The translations under genes and the position numbers were made by a program. Shown here one piece after another: positions 17,217 to 26,768 of a stretch of 45,099 nucleotides of DNA (its first letter is position 1; each line of letters opens with the position of its first letter). Origin of the DNA: Dhillonvirus LF50P3; sequence record OZ035753.1; one strand, 5' to 3'. The notes beneath the pieces are model-generated. The model was given only the letters and a program-made list of their open reading frames with translations. It did no database searches and was not told the DNA's origin.

Positions 17217-20200
17217 CGATTATTTACGACGTCACGGGCCATAAAGGCGGCGGCGGCAAACAGCACACCCCACAGGAGACGCCCGATAGCCTGCATTCGC
17301 TGGCTAAAATCCGCATCTTGCTTGCGCTGGGAGAAGGTGAGTTCGAAGGTATTCCAGACCCTAACGAATTACGGCGGCGCGTATATCTGGACGGAACACC
17401 GATCCAGAACGCAGACCTGTCAGAAAACTTCCCCGGAGCGCGTGTGGAGTTCCGCCCAGGCACACAGCACCAGGATGTGATCCACGGATTTTCAGCGGTG
17501 GAAAGTGAGCAATCTGTCGGCGTAAAACTGGAAAACGGCACGCCGTGGGTGCGCCAGATTAACGATACCAGTCTGGACGCCGTTCGCATTCGCATCGGCA
17601 TTCCGGCCCTGTACACTAACGAAGATAATGGCGACCTGGTGGGCGGGCGCATCGACTATAAGATCGTTGTGTATACGGATAACGCCGACCCGCGTGAGTT
17701 CAGATTCGCCGCCGTTGGTAAAACAATGTCGCTATATGAGCGCGACCACCGCATCGAATTACCGCCGAACGTGAATACCGGCTGGCGAGTGGAGGTGCAC
17801 CGCATAACGGCAGACTCCACATCGGCGAAAGTGGTTAATGATATCCGGGTGCAATCCATCACTGAGATTATCGACGCCCGCCTGCGTTACCCGCTAACCG
17901 CGCTGTTGTTTGTGGAGTTCGACGCCAAAGCGTTCCAGAACATCCCGCGCGTGTCCATCAAGTGCAAAGGCCGCAAAGTTCTAATACCTAACAACTACGA
18001 CCCGATTAATCATACCTATTCCGGGGACTGGGACGGCACGTTTAAACGCGCATGGACGGATAACCCCGCGTGGCACTGGTACGATATTTGTATTACTGAG
18101 CGCTTCGGCCTCGGTCGGCGTATCAAACCGCAAATGTTAAACCGGTACGCGCTCTACCAGATTGCGCAGCGCTGCGATCAGTTGGTCAGCGACGGCAACG
18201 GTGGTCGAGAAATCCGCTTTAAGAATGATATGTACATTCAGTCACAGACGGATGCCTGGACCGTGCTTAAGGATTTAGCCGCTATCTTTGCCGGTATGAC
18301 CTGGTGGGGAAATCAGATGTTGAATATCGTCAGTGACCAGCCGGTCGCAGCGGTATCGCACACCATCACCAACGCCTCGGTCATTGATGGCCGATTCGAC
18401 TACGCGTCCGGTAGCCAGAAAACTCGGTATTCCACATTCGCGGTAGCATACGGCAACCCGAAGAACCACTATGAAGATGCCATTGCTACGGGGCAGCGTG
18501 TCGAACTGGTACGCCGCCATAAGATTAACCGTCTGGATATAACGGCGATCGGCTGTACGCGTGAGTCAGAAGCGCAACGACGTGGGCACTGGGCGCTAAT
18601 CTCCAACCAGCTTGACCAGCAAGTTAGCTTTAAGGTCGGCATGGAGGGACTTTTCTTTATTCCGGGTAGCGTAGTCGCGATCGCCGATACAAACATTTCT
18701 GGTGGCTTCGAGACACGCGGCGGTCGCCTGTTGTCGGACCCTGGCACGCGGACGGTGCTGAACACAGACAGCGAAATCACGTTCCGCCCGGGTGATAAAT
18801 TCCTGGTACGCACCGATAGCGGTAATGTGGAGACTCGCGAGATCGCCAGCGTCAACGGCAACAAGGTTACGCTAAAAACTGCACTGGACGCCGACCCTAT
18901 TCCAGACCAGCCGTTTTGCGTCGATGGCAACGATATCCAGTTGCAGAAGTTCCGCATCACCGACCTGGAATATGACGACTCTACCAGCACTTTTTCAGTG
19001 CGCGGGATCGAGTACAACGATAGCAAATATGATGCCGTTGATAATGGCGCTCGCCTTGATCCGGGCATCTTTACTCAAGTGCCCGACGGTGTAATGAAGG
19101 GGCCAGAGTCCGTAACCATCACCCCGTCGCAGATTTCATCGCAAGGCCAGCTAATCACCAACGTGGATATTGTATTCCCTCCGGTGAAGGACGCCGTGGT
19201 GTATGAAATCCAGTGGCGACGTACCAGCTTGCAGAATATGGAAATCCAGTGGGGTAACGACTGGGTGAACATCCCCCGCACGGCATCGAACGGCGCGCAC
19301 ATCCCTAACGTGTTCTCCGGTAACTACCAGGCACGCGTCCGCGCAATCGGTATGGGTGAGATTTCATCCCCGTGGGTGTCGTCTGCCATCACGCCGATAG
19401 AAGGTCGTCTCGGCGGGCTTAACGCGCCTATCATCACCAACGCGATTTCGGGCCTCCACCAAATTTTGTGGAAGTGGAACCACAACAACGCCGCGACGGA
19501 TATTTCGTACACCGAGCTTGAAGTGCGCAAGACCGGTGAAACGGAGTGGAAATTTCTTACCAACGTCCCATATCCGGGGGCGGAGTATGCGCAAACGTCA
19601 CTGGAGTTCGGGATCTATCAGCAGTTGCGCGCCCGTGTAGCGGATAAAATCGGCAACCTGTCGGACTGGTCGGCCCCGTTTGAAGGGCAGGTGAGTGACA
19701 AAGTTGACGAATACATGAAGGGGCTTGATGACGAGTTCTTGACTTCCGAGGACGGTAAACGCTTCCAGGAAGCGATCGACACCATGCCGCAAGGTATCTA
19801 TGAGTCTATGCTTACGGACGCCCAGCAGCTATTCAATGCCCGCGCCGAGTATAAAGGGATTTATGCGGAAATCACGGTGGCGTATAACGTGGCGGCGGAC
19901 GCGCATAAAGCCGTAGCGCAACTGGAAACGTTGATCGGCACGCGCCTTGATGACGCCGAAGCATCAATCCACACGTTGCAGACTGCGCAAAGCACACATG
20001 AACAAGCGTTCGCCCAGTACCAGCAAACTGTTGCCGCTAAGTTTTCGGAACAGGAAGCCGCCATCCAGCAGGTACAAACGGCAACGGCGGACGTGGCTGG
20101 CGCACTGGCTGAGTACAAGACCCAGGTAGCGGCACAGTTCGGTCAGCAGTCCGCCGCGATCGAGCAGAAGATGACGTCTTCGTTTAACCATGCTGGCGGC

Positions 20201-20659
20201 AGCGCCACGTACAGTCTTAAGGCTGGCGTGACGTATAACGGGACTTACTATGACGCCGGTATGCAGCTTTCAGTTGTGACGTCTGGCAACGCAGTTAAAT
20301 CGCGTATTGCGTTCAAAGCCGACCAGTTCTATATCATGCACCCATCTAATGGGTCGCTTTCGTCCGCGTTTATCGTTGACGGCGGGCAGGTGTATATTGA
20401 CACGGCACGCATCAAGGATGCGTCAATCAACTTTGCGCAGATCACGGACACGCTGCAATCAAATAACTTCGCTTCAGGGTCACGCGGCTGGCGTATCCAG
20501 AAAGGCGGCGCTGCGGAGTTTAACGAAGTAACGGTCCGCGGCAACCTGTACGCCACATCGGGTAACTTCGGGTTTTCTGGCGGGACCGTGACGATCGACA
20601 AGACAGGCGTAAACGTGCCGTTACCTGGCGGGGGAAGGGTGAAAGTCGGGACGTGGTAA
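17213..20659 (+). CDS. host specificity / central tail fiber protein J-like
   Basis: 1148-aa ORF overlapping I, the largest tail gene after the tape measure; completes a lambda-like M-L-K-I-J order. Confidence 0.85.
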   Translation: MTIIYDVTGHKGGGGKQHTPQETPDSLHSLAKIRILLALGEGEFEGIPDPNELRRRVYLDGTPIQNADLSENFPGARVEFRPGTQHQDVIHGFSAVESEQSVGVKLENGTPWVRQINDTSLDAVRIRIGIPALYTNEDNGDLVGGRIDYKIVVYTDNADPREFRFAAVGKTMSLYERDHRIELPPNVNTGWRVEVHRITADSTSAKVVNDIRVQSITEIIDARLRYPLTALLFVEFDAKAFQNIPRVSIKCKGRKVLIPNNYDPINHTYSGDWDGTFKRAWTDNPAWHWYDICITERFGLGRRIKPQMLNRYALYQIAQRCDQLVSDGNGGREIRFKNDMYIQSQTDAWTVLKDLAAIFAGMTWWGNQMLNIVSDQPVAAVSHTITNASVIDGRFDYASGSQKTRYSTFAVAYGNPKNHYEDAIATGQRVELVRRHKINRLDITAIGCTRESEAQRRGHWALISNQLDQQVSFKVGMEGLFFIPGSVVAIADTNISGGFETRGGRLLSDPGTRTVLNTDSEITFRPGDKFLVRTDSGNVETREIASVNGNKVTLKTALDADPIPDQPFCVDGNDIQLQKFRITDLEYDDSTSTFSVRGIEYNDSKYDAVDNGARLDPGIFTQVPDGVMKGPESVTITPSQISSQGQLITNVDIVFPPVKDAVVYEIQWRRTSLQNMEIQWGNDWVNIPRTASNGAHIPNVFSGNYQARVRAIGMGEISSPWVSSAITPIEGRLGGLNAPIITNAISGLHQILWKWNHNNAATDISYTELEVRKTGETEWKFLTNVPYPGAEYAQTSLEFGIYQQLRARVADKIGNLSDWSAPFEGQVSDKVDEYMKGLDDEFLTSEDGKRFQEAIDTMPQGIYESMLTDAQQLFNARAEYKGIYAEITVAYNVAADAHKAVAQLETLIGTRLDDAEASIHTLQTAQSTHEQAFAQYQQTVAAKFSEQEAAIQQVQTATADVAGALAEYKTQVAAQFGQQSAAIEQKMTSSFNHAGGSATYSLKAGVTYNGTYYDAGMQLSVVTSGNAVKSRIAFKADQFYIMHPSNGSLSSAFIVDGGQVYIDTARIKDASINFAQITDTLQSNNFASGSRGWRIQKGGAAEFNEVTVRGNLYATSGNFGFSGGTVTIDKTGVNVPLPGGGRVKVGTW

Positions 20660-20666
20660 ATGCGAA

Positions 20667-20688
20667 GGGGCCAGATGGCCCCATTTTC
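20667..20688. terminator. hairpin between convergent J gene and minus-strand cassette
   Basis: GGGGCC-agat-GGCCCC stem-loop followed by a short T tract; between the J stop (20659) and the minus-strand stop at 20687. Confidence 0.5.
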
Positions 20689-21652
20689 AATACATATTCG
20701 GGATGACGAGTAGCGGGGTTGGTACTGCAATATTTTTACTTGGCATCTGGAATTGCTGCCGTGAGTAGTTGCCGATGACGCGGTTTTTAGCGACGCGCAC
20801 ATTATTACCCGCCATGCGTATGCCGTTCATGCGGACGTGGTTATAGCCACCGTTGTTCTGAATCAGTGCGCCGGTGTATGAAAGCTGGATCAGGCTGTTT
20901 CCAATATTCTGGTCGCCCGTTCCGATGTTAATAGTGCGGTCATATACGAACGGCTTGTTCACCGTCGAGAACGTAACCTGATTCTGGTTATTCGTCATGG
21001 TGATTCCGGCCCCCGGCGTTGGTGGTGTGTTGTTGAATATCACCAAATCCATGTCCACCGAAGCCGCCACATCGTCGATGCCTCCATAGGACGCGTTGCG
21101 GACGATAATACTGCCGCCGTCGAAGCCTACTGATACGTTGCCATCGTCCCATCGGGCGAACGGGACACCGCTAACGGGCAATGCCATACTGCCGTTGACG
21201 CGCACGCGCTGTGCGTATCGGCAGGTCATTAGCTTAGACACGTTGGATATGGCGGTGAAGTCCGTCGAGTTAGCCACCAGTAAACCTGCGTTGCGCGACC
21301 CAACCGGCAGCACTTCCATTATGACGCCCGCCCATTGTGGTAAACCTGAGTACGCGCCATACACATCCTCCCCGCGCAGGGTTATTCCGCTATTACCGTT
21401 GCGAGTAACCGACGTAACGTAAAACGGATCAGGTATTACCAGTGTCTGGTCGAACACTTCAATCACCTCTACCGGGCGAGTGAGCGCTACGATTACTTGC
21501 GACCCCTCCGTAAGCGGGGTGTTAATGGTTAGCGTCTTGTTGGCCTGTGCCCGCTGGTTAAAGCTGGTGCAGTATGACGGCGCGCGGAGTCCCGCGGTGA
21601 TTTCCATTACCGGCCTGCCGTCGTTATAGTCGATAAGTATTCCAGCGCCCAT
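20687..21652 (-). CDS. hypothetical Asn/Gly/Val/Thr-rich protein co-transcribed with the Cor-like lipoprotein
   Basis: 321-aa ORF whose ATG lies 2 nt after the lipoprotein stop (TAATAATG), implying coupled translation; no signal peptide; composition resembles fiber or beta-helix proteins (GGYNHVRMNGIRMAGNNVRVAKNRVIGNY). Confidence 0.55.
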   Translation of the reverse strand: MGAGILIDYNDGRPVMEITAGLRAPSYCTSFNQRAQANKTLTINTPLTEGSQVIVALTRPVEVIEVFDQTLVIPDPFYVTSVTRNGNSGITLRGEDVYGAYSGLPQWAGVIMEVLPVGSRNAGLLVANSTDFTAISNVSKLMTCRYAQRVRVNGSMALPVSGVPFARWDDGNVSVGFDGGSIIVRNASYGGIDDVAASVDMDLVIFNNTPPTPGAGITMTNNQNQVTFSTVNKPFVYDRTINIGTGDQNIGNSLIQLSYTGALIQNNGGYNHVRMNGIRMAGNNVRVAKNRVIGNYSRQQFQMPSKNIAVPTPLLVIPNMY

Positions 21653-21654
21653 TA

Positions 21655-21876
21655 TTACCACTCCCGTGATTTAACTGATACGGTGCCTGAGAAATTGCCG
21701 TCGCTATCGGATGACAGCCCAGTGAATCGCATGTCCACATCTCCTGCCGGGACTTTTTGCCCGTCAACGTAGCGCAACATGCAGCTACCGTAAGCAACCG
21801 TAACGCAATCGCCATTGTTGCGTTCTACGGCGCAACCGGACAAAAGAACCGCACAAATCATAATTAAAGTTTTCAT
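21655..21876 (-). CDS. small lipoprotein, Cor-like superinfection-exclusion candidate
   Basis: 73-aa ORF starting MKTLIMICAVLLSGC (lipobox LSGC) with RBS AGGGGA; located opposite-strand beside tail-fiber genes as are Cor/Llp-type lipoproteins of FhuA-dependent phages. The listed 94-aa version was trimmed. Confidence 0.6.
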   Translation of the reverse strand: MKTLIMICAVLLSGCAVERNNGDCVTVAYGSCMLRYVDGQKVPAGDVDMRFTGLSSDSDGNFSGTVSVKSREW

Positions 21877-21955
21877 GGTATCATCCCCTATATTTGGTTG
21901 AGTTTTAGTATTACACCGCTCAACCAGGATTGCAACCAATTACGAGGATTTAGCT

Positions 21956-24382
21956 ATGGCAGCGGGTACGCTATCCGTAACGAACAACAGCAAGGCGGTA
22001 GTAGGGGTTGGCACAACGTTTACCGCGTTTAAAGCAGGCGACTTTTTAACGCTGGTGGTAGGACAAGTCCCCTACACCGTAGCGATCGCGTCCATTGAAA
22101 GCGCAACCGCGCTCACGCTGGTGTTACCGTTCGACGGCCCAACGGCAACCGGCCTTGCGTGGGACGGCGTTAAACGCGATACCATGTCACTGGCAACGAT
22201 GGGCGTTACCGTACAGGCACAGAAAGCGTTGCGATTGATGATCGCAGATGAAAACAACTGGCGCGCTATCTTCGGCGAAGAAGAAGAAATCTCGGTCACG
22301 CTACCGAACGGTCAAGTGGTGCAGGGTATGTCGTGGGGCTACCTGTCAAAACTGCTTAAAGACGTAGATCCTGTTGAATTGCAGGCTATCGCGGACCAGA
22401 CCATCACGGCTAAAAACCAGGCGCAAGGATTCCGTAACGAGGCGGAAGGATTCAAGAACACCGCGAATACCGCGAAAGAGGCCGCAGTAGCTGCGAAGAC
22501 CGCGGCTGAAACGGCGCAGGGTAAAGCCGAGACAGCTAAAACGGCAGCGGAGTCCGCGAAGACTGCCGCCGAAACAGCTAAATCGCAGGCCGTAACCGCT
22601 AAAGACCAGGCAAAAGGATTCCGCGACGAGGCAGAAGGCTTTGCGAACAGCGCGGACGCGTCAAAGAAAGTGCCGTATGCTGGCGTGGATATTGGAACGC
22701 CTGCTGGCATTAGGGATATGCTCAAGACGCTACGTGATACGGTCAAAGGTGGCTTTTGGCGGGTAACGAACTCGACGCAGTTCCCGGCTGGCGAACTGAC
22801 ACCTGGTCGCTATGGTCCCGGTGTGTGTGGCGGGGCGGGCGATACTTTCTTTGCAATCAACGTTGACTATCAAACCTCTCGCGTCAAAGTTTACGCTGGA
22901 AACAATGCCGCGATTAACGGCTCTTCGGGGAATGTGAGCGCCGTCGAACTAGCAAGGCTGGGTGCTAACGGGGACGTGGCGTTAGCGGACGGCGGGACCG
23001 GTGCATCGAACGACCAGGACGCGAGAAAAAACCTTCAGGCAATGCACGAGCGACAGGCATCGTTGGGTACTGAAGATCTTAACGAATTGAAAGGGGATAA
23101 GGCTGGATTTTACTTTCAGTCCATGTCGGCGAACGCCACCCCTGAGCGTAACTATCCAGTCGCCACGGCTGGTTGCTTGCTGGTGCAGCGTACTGGTGCT
23201 AACGTCGCGACAAGCTGCGTGCAGACTTTCACATCATACTTAGACGGGCGTCGGTGGATGCGCTGGATTAGCAACGGGGCAACTGGCACCTGGTCGCAGT
23301 GGTACGAATTATATAACTCGGGGTCGTCGCCGACTTTTTCCGGGGTGGTCGCGGGCTCTTCGGTGGAGGCTAGAGGGGACGGAAAGCGCGCAGTTCTTCG
23401 CACATGGCCTAACGATGTATCTGTTTCCAACTCGGCATCTAATAAATTCTTGCAATTAAGGGACAATGGTGAGCTTGCATATGACAACAAGCTGATCGCG
23501 TATAATGGCCTTGTAGCAAGCGGCTCATTTTATATGCAAGTTCCGAGCATTAAGGTTAATACCGCTAATGGTGGCTTCCGTATCGACGGAACAACGGCAA
23601 CAAACGACCAACCACTGCACGTAACAGGCTACAACTCCGCAGGTACGCGTCTTTGGTTTTTAGGGAAGGACACCGGGACGAACGCGCTATTCCTGAACGA
23701 TGTTACATCGTCTAAGGTTGAGCTGATCACAGACGGCGTTGTGCTTGGTACAAAGAATTTTGCGGGCAAGGCATACGTCCAGGCCGCAAGTTTAGAGATC
23801 GACCGACCGAGCGGCAAGTATTTCAAAATGCTGAACGACGGCAACTCGTCGCACCCGGCAACCTTCAAATTATGGGGTAACGGGTCCGATAGGGCGTCGG
23901 TTTTTGAGTGTGGTTTTGATAACGGCCCTGGGTGGGTGTTTTACGCGCAATATAACAGCAACGGCACGCGCCAGATGAACGTTAACGGCACGGTAAACTG
24001 CACGACGGTAAACCAGTCGTCTGACCGCGAGTTGAAGGATAACATCAAGCCGATCGAGAACGCCCGCGCGGGCCTTGCTAAGATGGGTGGCTATACCTAC
24101 ACCCTGAAGAAAGACGGTATGCCGTACGCCGGGGTGATTGCACAGGAAGTAATGGACGTTGTGCCGGAAGCGGTGAGCACTTTTGAGGACTACGAATACC
24201 TGGCAGGACCAACGAAAGACGGCGAGGAACTGGTAGGGCGTCAGCGCTTCTTCCAGGTTGATTATGGTGCTATTGCTGCATACGCGGTGCAAGTGTGTAA
24301 AGAACAGGAAGAGGAACTGGTGTCATTGCGTAGCGAACTGGAGGAATTGAAAGCTGCCGTAGCGGCACTGACTAAAGCATAA
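21956..24382 (+). CDS. tail fiber with C-terminal intramolecular chaperone (peptidase S74-like) domain
   Basis: 808-aa ORF; C-terminus NQSSDRELKDNIKPIENARAGLAKMGGYTYTLK matches the self-cleaving chaperone domain found at the C-termini of endosialidase-type and L-shaped fibers; internal AKTAAETAK-type helical repeats flanked by a duplicated QAQGFRNEAEGF / QAKGFRDEAEGF motif. Confidence 0.8.
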   Translation: MAAGTLSVTNNSKAVVGVGTTFTAFKAGDFLTLVVGQVPYTVAIASIESATALTLVLPFDGPTATGLAWDGVKRDTMSLATMGVTVQAQKALRLMIADENNWRAIFGEEEEISVTLPNGQVVQGMSWGYLSKLLKDVDPVELQAIADQTITAKNQAQGFRNEAEGFKNTANTAKEAAVAAKTAAETAQGKAETAKTAAESAKTAAETAKSQAVTAKDQAKGFRDEAEGFANSADASKKVPYAGVDIGTPAGIRDMLKTLRDTVKGGFWRVTNSTQFPAGELTPGRYGPGVCGGAGDTFFAINVDYQTSRVKVYAGNNAAINGSSGNVSAVELARLGANGDVALADGGTGASNDQDARKNLQAMHERQASLGTEDLNELKGDKAGFYFQSMSANATPERNYPVATAGCLLVQRTGANVATSCVQTFTSYLDGRRWMRWISNGATGTWSQWYELYNSGSSPTFSGVVAGSSVEARGDGKRAVLRTWPNDVSVSNSASNKFLQLRDNGELAYDNKLIAYNGLVASGSFYMQVPSIKVNTANGGFRIDGTTATNDQPLHVTGYNSAGTRLWFLGKDTGTNALFLNDVTSSKVELITDGVVLGTKNFAGKAYVQAASLEIDRPSGKYFKMLNDGNSSHPATFKLWGNGSDRASVFECGFDNGPGWVFYAQYNSNGTRQMNVNGTVNCTTVNQSSDRELKDNIKPIENARAGLAKMGGYTYTLKKDGMPYAGVIAQEVMDVVPEAVSTFEDYEYLAGPTKDGEELVGRQRFFQVDYGAIAAYAVQVCKEQEEELVSLRSELEELKAAVAALTKA

Positions 24383-24388
24383 CGAGAA

Positions 24389-24410
24389 GGGGCCATCCGG
24401 CCCCTTTTTT
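24389..24410. terminator. bidirectional intrinsic terminator
   Basis: GGGGCC-atcc-GGCCCC stem-loop followed by TTTTTT; between the tail fiber stop (24382) and the minus-strand stop at 24409. Confidence 0.7.
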
Positions 24411-24984
24411 AGTTTGAGTTTTCCCAGTCCATTTTGCGCCGCACCAGCGGGCTTTCGTAATATTCCTTGCCTTCCACTTCCACCAGAGGCCAGTCGTTCA
24501 CAATCACGTATGGCTCTGCGATATCCTCGATCACGCCGTGCGCGCTTTGCGGCCCTAACGATACACCCACCAGGATAACACCGGCAACGCGACGTGACAG
24601 ATACTCGCGAGCGCAACGCGCCTCTACCAGCCCGCGACGGATGCCGCTGGTGGCTTTAACCTCGTAGGTCCAGACGGCATCGATCACATGCTCGCGGAAG
24701 TCGGGGCCGGACTTTACCTTGCGCTTGCCGACCATGATGATATCGCCGCGGTCGATGGTATTGGAGCTAAACAAGCCGGTACGCATTAGTAAGCCTTGCG
24801 GTATGCAACTACGCCCGCCCGCCTGCCCCTCAAGGTACATACCGGCAAACATCTCGCCCAAAACACCGACAAGACGGCTTTGCTTGCACGCGTCAGACTT
24901 TAAGCGCCACTGGTCAAACTCGATGCTTGCTATCATCGCCGCCAGGTGGAATTGTTTACCGGATATTTCATATTCGCCGTACAT
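24409..24984 (-). CDS. hypothetical protein, possible PD-(D/E)xK-type nuclease
   Basis: 191-aa ORF with RBS GAGGA; contains a D...EVK arrangement (VIDAVWTYEVKATSG) reminiscent of restriction-endonuclease-fold nucleases; weak motif-level call only. Confidence 0.4.
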   Translation of the reverse strand: MYGEYEISGKQFHLAAMIASIEFDQWRLKSDACKQSRLVGVLGEMFAGMYLEGQAGGRSCIPQGLLMRTGLFSSNTIDRGDIIMVGKRKVKSGPDFREHVIDAVWTYEVKATSGIRRGLVEARCAREYLSRRVAGVILVGVSLGPQSAHGVIEDIAEPYVIVNDWPLVEVEGKEYYESPLVRRKMDWENSN

Positions 24985-25026
24985 CGTGTGGTCCTCATTG
25001 ATGCGGGCCGAAGCCCGCGATTAGAA

Positions 25027-25548
25027 TTATTTCAGTGCGCTACGTACCAGTGTTTTTTCCATGTTGCGGAAGTCTTCCGGCGTCATGAGGATTTTGGACC
25101 CATCCTCGCCAGTGAGCACGACAATAGGCTGGACGTCCTGGGCTACGACGCCGAAATCGGCGGCTTTGACAGTCTTGCCCGCAGATGCCGAAGGACTCCA
25201 CGTTCCGCCTGTTTTGATGGGCCAACCTTTAAGGCTGTCGTATTGCGCTGCCGTTGTATCGACCTGAATCTCGTCGTGTACGGTCATGTACGACTCGCCC
25301 AGCAATGCGGCATACGCCACCAGATCCACGATGTTATCTTCCTGGTGCTTACGGTGCTGGCGCACCAGCTTCAGGCAGATCAGGAAGGTCCAGGCTTCTT
25401 GCTCGGTAAGGTCGCGACCGGTAAGCGCGTTAAACACGGCGGCGACCTGTTTAGCGCTGCGTTCTTCTTTCGCGTTGTCATAGCCGTTTTCTTTTCCGCG
25501 CTGCTCCATAGTGGTGGCGGCGTTTTTGCAGTATTCGTATGCTTTCAT
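25027..25548 (-). CDS. hypothetical protein
   Basis: 173-aa ORF preceded by a sigma70-like promoter candidate; no confident motif. Confidence 0.5.
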   Translation of the reverse strand: MKAYEYCKNAATTMEQRGKENGYDNAKEERSAKQVAAVFNALTGRDLTEQEAWTFLICLKLVRQHRKHQEDNIVDLVAYAALLGESYMTVHDEIQVDTTAAQYDSLKGWPIKTGGTWSPSASAGKTVKAADFGVVAQDVQPIVVLTGEDGSKILMTPEDFRNMEKTLVRSALK

Positions 25549-25593
25549 TATGTTTTCCTTTTTAGCGTGGGGCCGTATTGCCCCGACGCGTTA

Positions 25594-25623
25594 ACTATAG
25601 TGCAACCAACCTATTGGTTGCAA
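25594..25623 (-). promoter_or_regulatory. sigma70-like promoter candidate overlapping a 22-bp palindrome
   Basis: Minus-strand reading TTGCAA, 18-nt spacer, TATAGT; the -35 lies inside the palindrome TGCAACCAAcctaTTGGTTGCA (25601–25622), which also overlaps the stop of the upstream gene. Confidence 0.45.
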
Positions 25624-26081
25624 GTGAATTTTGCAACGTTTATCGCATAAATTTTCGGGACCAGATCGCTGCACGCCCGACGAATTGCCGCGATGTTCTT
25701 AGGACAGTCTTCAATGATGACCAGTTCCGATACGTCCGCATAGCAGACCATTTTGAACACCGCGCACGCTTTAAACTCTGGCGGCGGGGTGTCGTCCAGC
25801 ATGTGGCGCATAAACAACCGCCCTACGGGGAATACTTCCAATTGCTCGGCGGTGGTTTCCCAGCATTCGCGCTGCCGGTTTGTCAGATACGCTATCTCGA
25901 AGCCTTGCTCTTTATACATGCGCAACAGCGGCAGCATATCCATGTTCAGGTCTTCGCGTACGTGCGCTTTGTGCCACTTCGCCCAAAAAGTGGATTTGGT
26001 TTTTATACCCGGCACAAGGTCGGCGCGTGCATCACTCGAACCATTAATAACGCCATCCAGATCACAAATCAGTAGTTTCAT
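25611..26081 (-). CDS. HAD-superfamily phosphatase-like protein (possible nucleotidase)
   Basis: 156-aa ORF with RBS GAGGAA and the HAD motif I signature LLICDLDGV at the N-terminus. Confidence 0.5.
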   Translation of the reverse strand: MKLLICDLDGVINGSSDARADLVPGIKTKSTFWAKWHKAHVREDLNMDMLPLLRMYKEQGFEIAYLTNRQRECWETTAEQLEVFPVGRLFMRHMLDDTPPPEFKACAVFKMVCYADVSELVIIEDCPKNIAAIRRACSDLVPKIYAINVAKFTCNQ

Positions 26082-26302
26082 TTTAATTCCTCAACCAAAT
26101 CCGAACGAACAACTCTGGCGGAAAACTTGTTACACACAAGATGCCAATTTGCGGTTATGACAAGCCAGCCGGTAAGGTCCATACCCAGGATATATTCTGG
26201 ACGTGACACTCGCTTCACACGATCGCGGCGCGGGTCGATGTTATAGTCTCTTTGCATTCGGTCTACTACCGCGGGGTCGCGGTCAACGATTAAGATATTC
26301 AT
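26078..26302 (-). CDS. hypothetical protein
   Basis: 74-aa ORF from the internal ATG (MNILIVDRD); the listed ORF starts at GTG 26311. Packed between the HAD-like and Dam-like genes. Confidence 0.4.
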   Translation of the reverse strand: MNILIVDRDPAVVDRMQRDYNIDPRRDRVKRVSRPEYILGMDLTGWLVITANWHLVCNKFSARVVRSDLVEELK

Positions 26303-26768
26303 GTAACTCACTCTCGCTCATTATTTCAATTTGTGCGCTGCCGATGGGCGGCGCTTCGTCAAATATTATCAATTGCTGGCACTTGTTATTGCTCGGCCCG
26401 ACTTCACCGGTTACAGCGTGTATAAATCTCACCCGCCAGTCCAGAAGAATTATCAGGTTTGCAGTCCTCCGGGCCAGCCTCGCCCACTTCGTCGACGTGT
26501 CCTGATTCAGTAGCATGACAGTCCGGCGTCCGTGCGCTGCGCACTCGACCCACGGCAGCGGGTCGGAATACGGCGGATTGCACCACTTCCACCCTTTCAA
26601 CTCTGCCCAGTCCACATCAAGCGCGCTGTGCTCTGCCGTGAAGTAACGCGGTAGCAGATGATTGGCGTCGCTTGCCGCCATATCGTAACGGAATCGGTAT
26701 TTCCGACGAAGCGGTTTAAATAAAGCTGGCGGCGTGCGCCAGCTATCTTTTTGCTCACTCTTCAGCAT
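26283..26768 (-). CDS. dam: DNA N6-adenine methyltransferase (phage Dam-type)
   Basis: 161-aa ORF with N-terminal WRTPPALF, DMAASDANHL and the catalytic NPPY motif, matching the small phage Dam family. Confidence 0.75.
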   Translation of the reverse strand: MLKSEQKDSWRTPPALFKPLRRKYRFRYDMAASDANHLLPRYFTAEHSALDVDWAELKGWKWCNPPYSDPLPWVECAAHGRRTVMLLNQDTSTKWARLARRTANLIILLDWRVRFIHAVTGEVGPSNNKCQQLIIFDEAPPIGSAQIEIMSESELHEYLNR

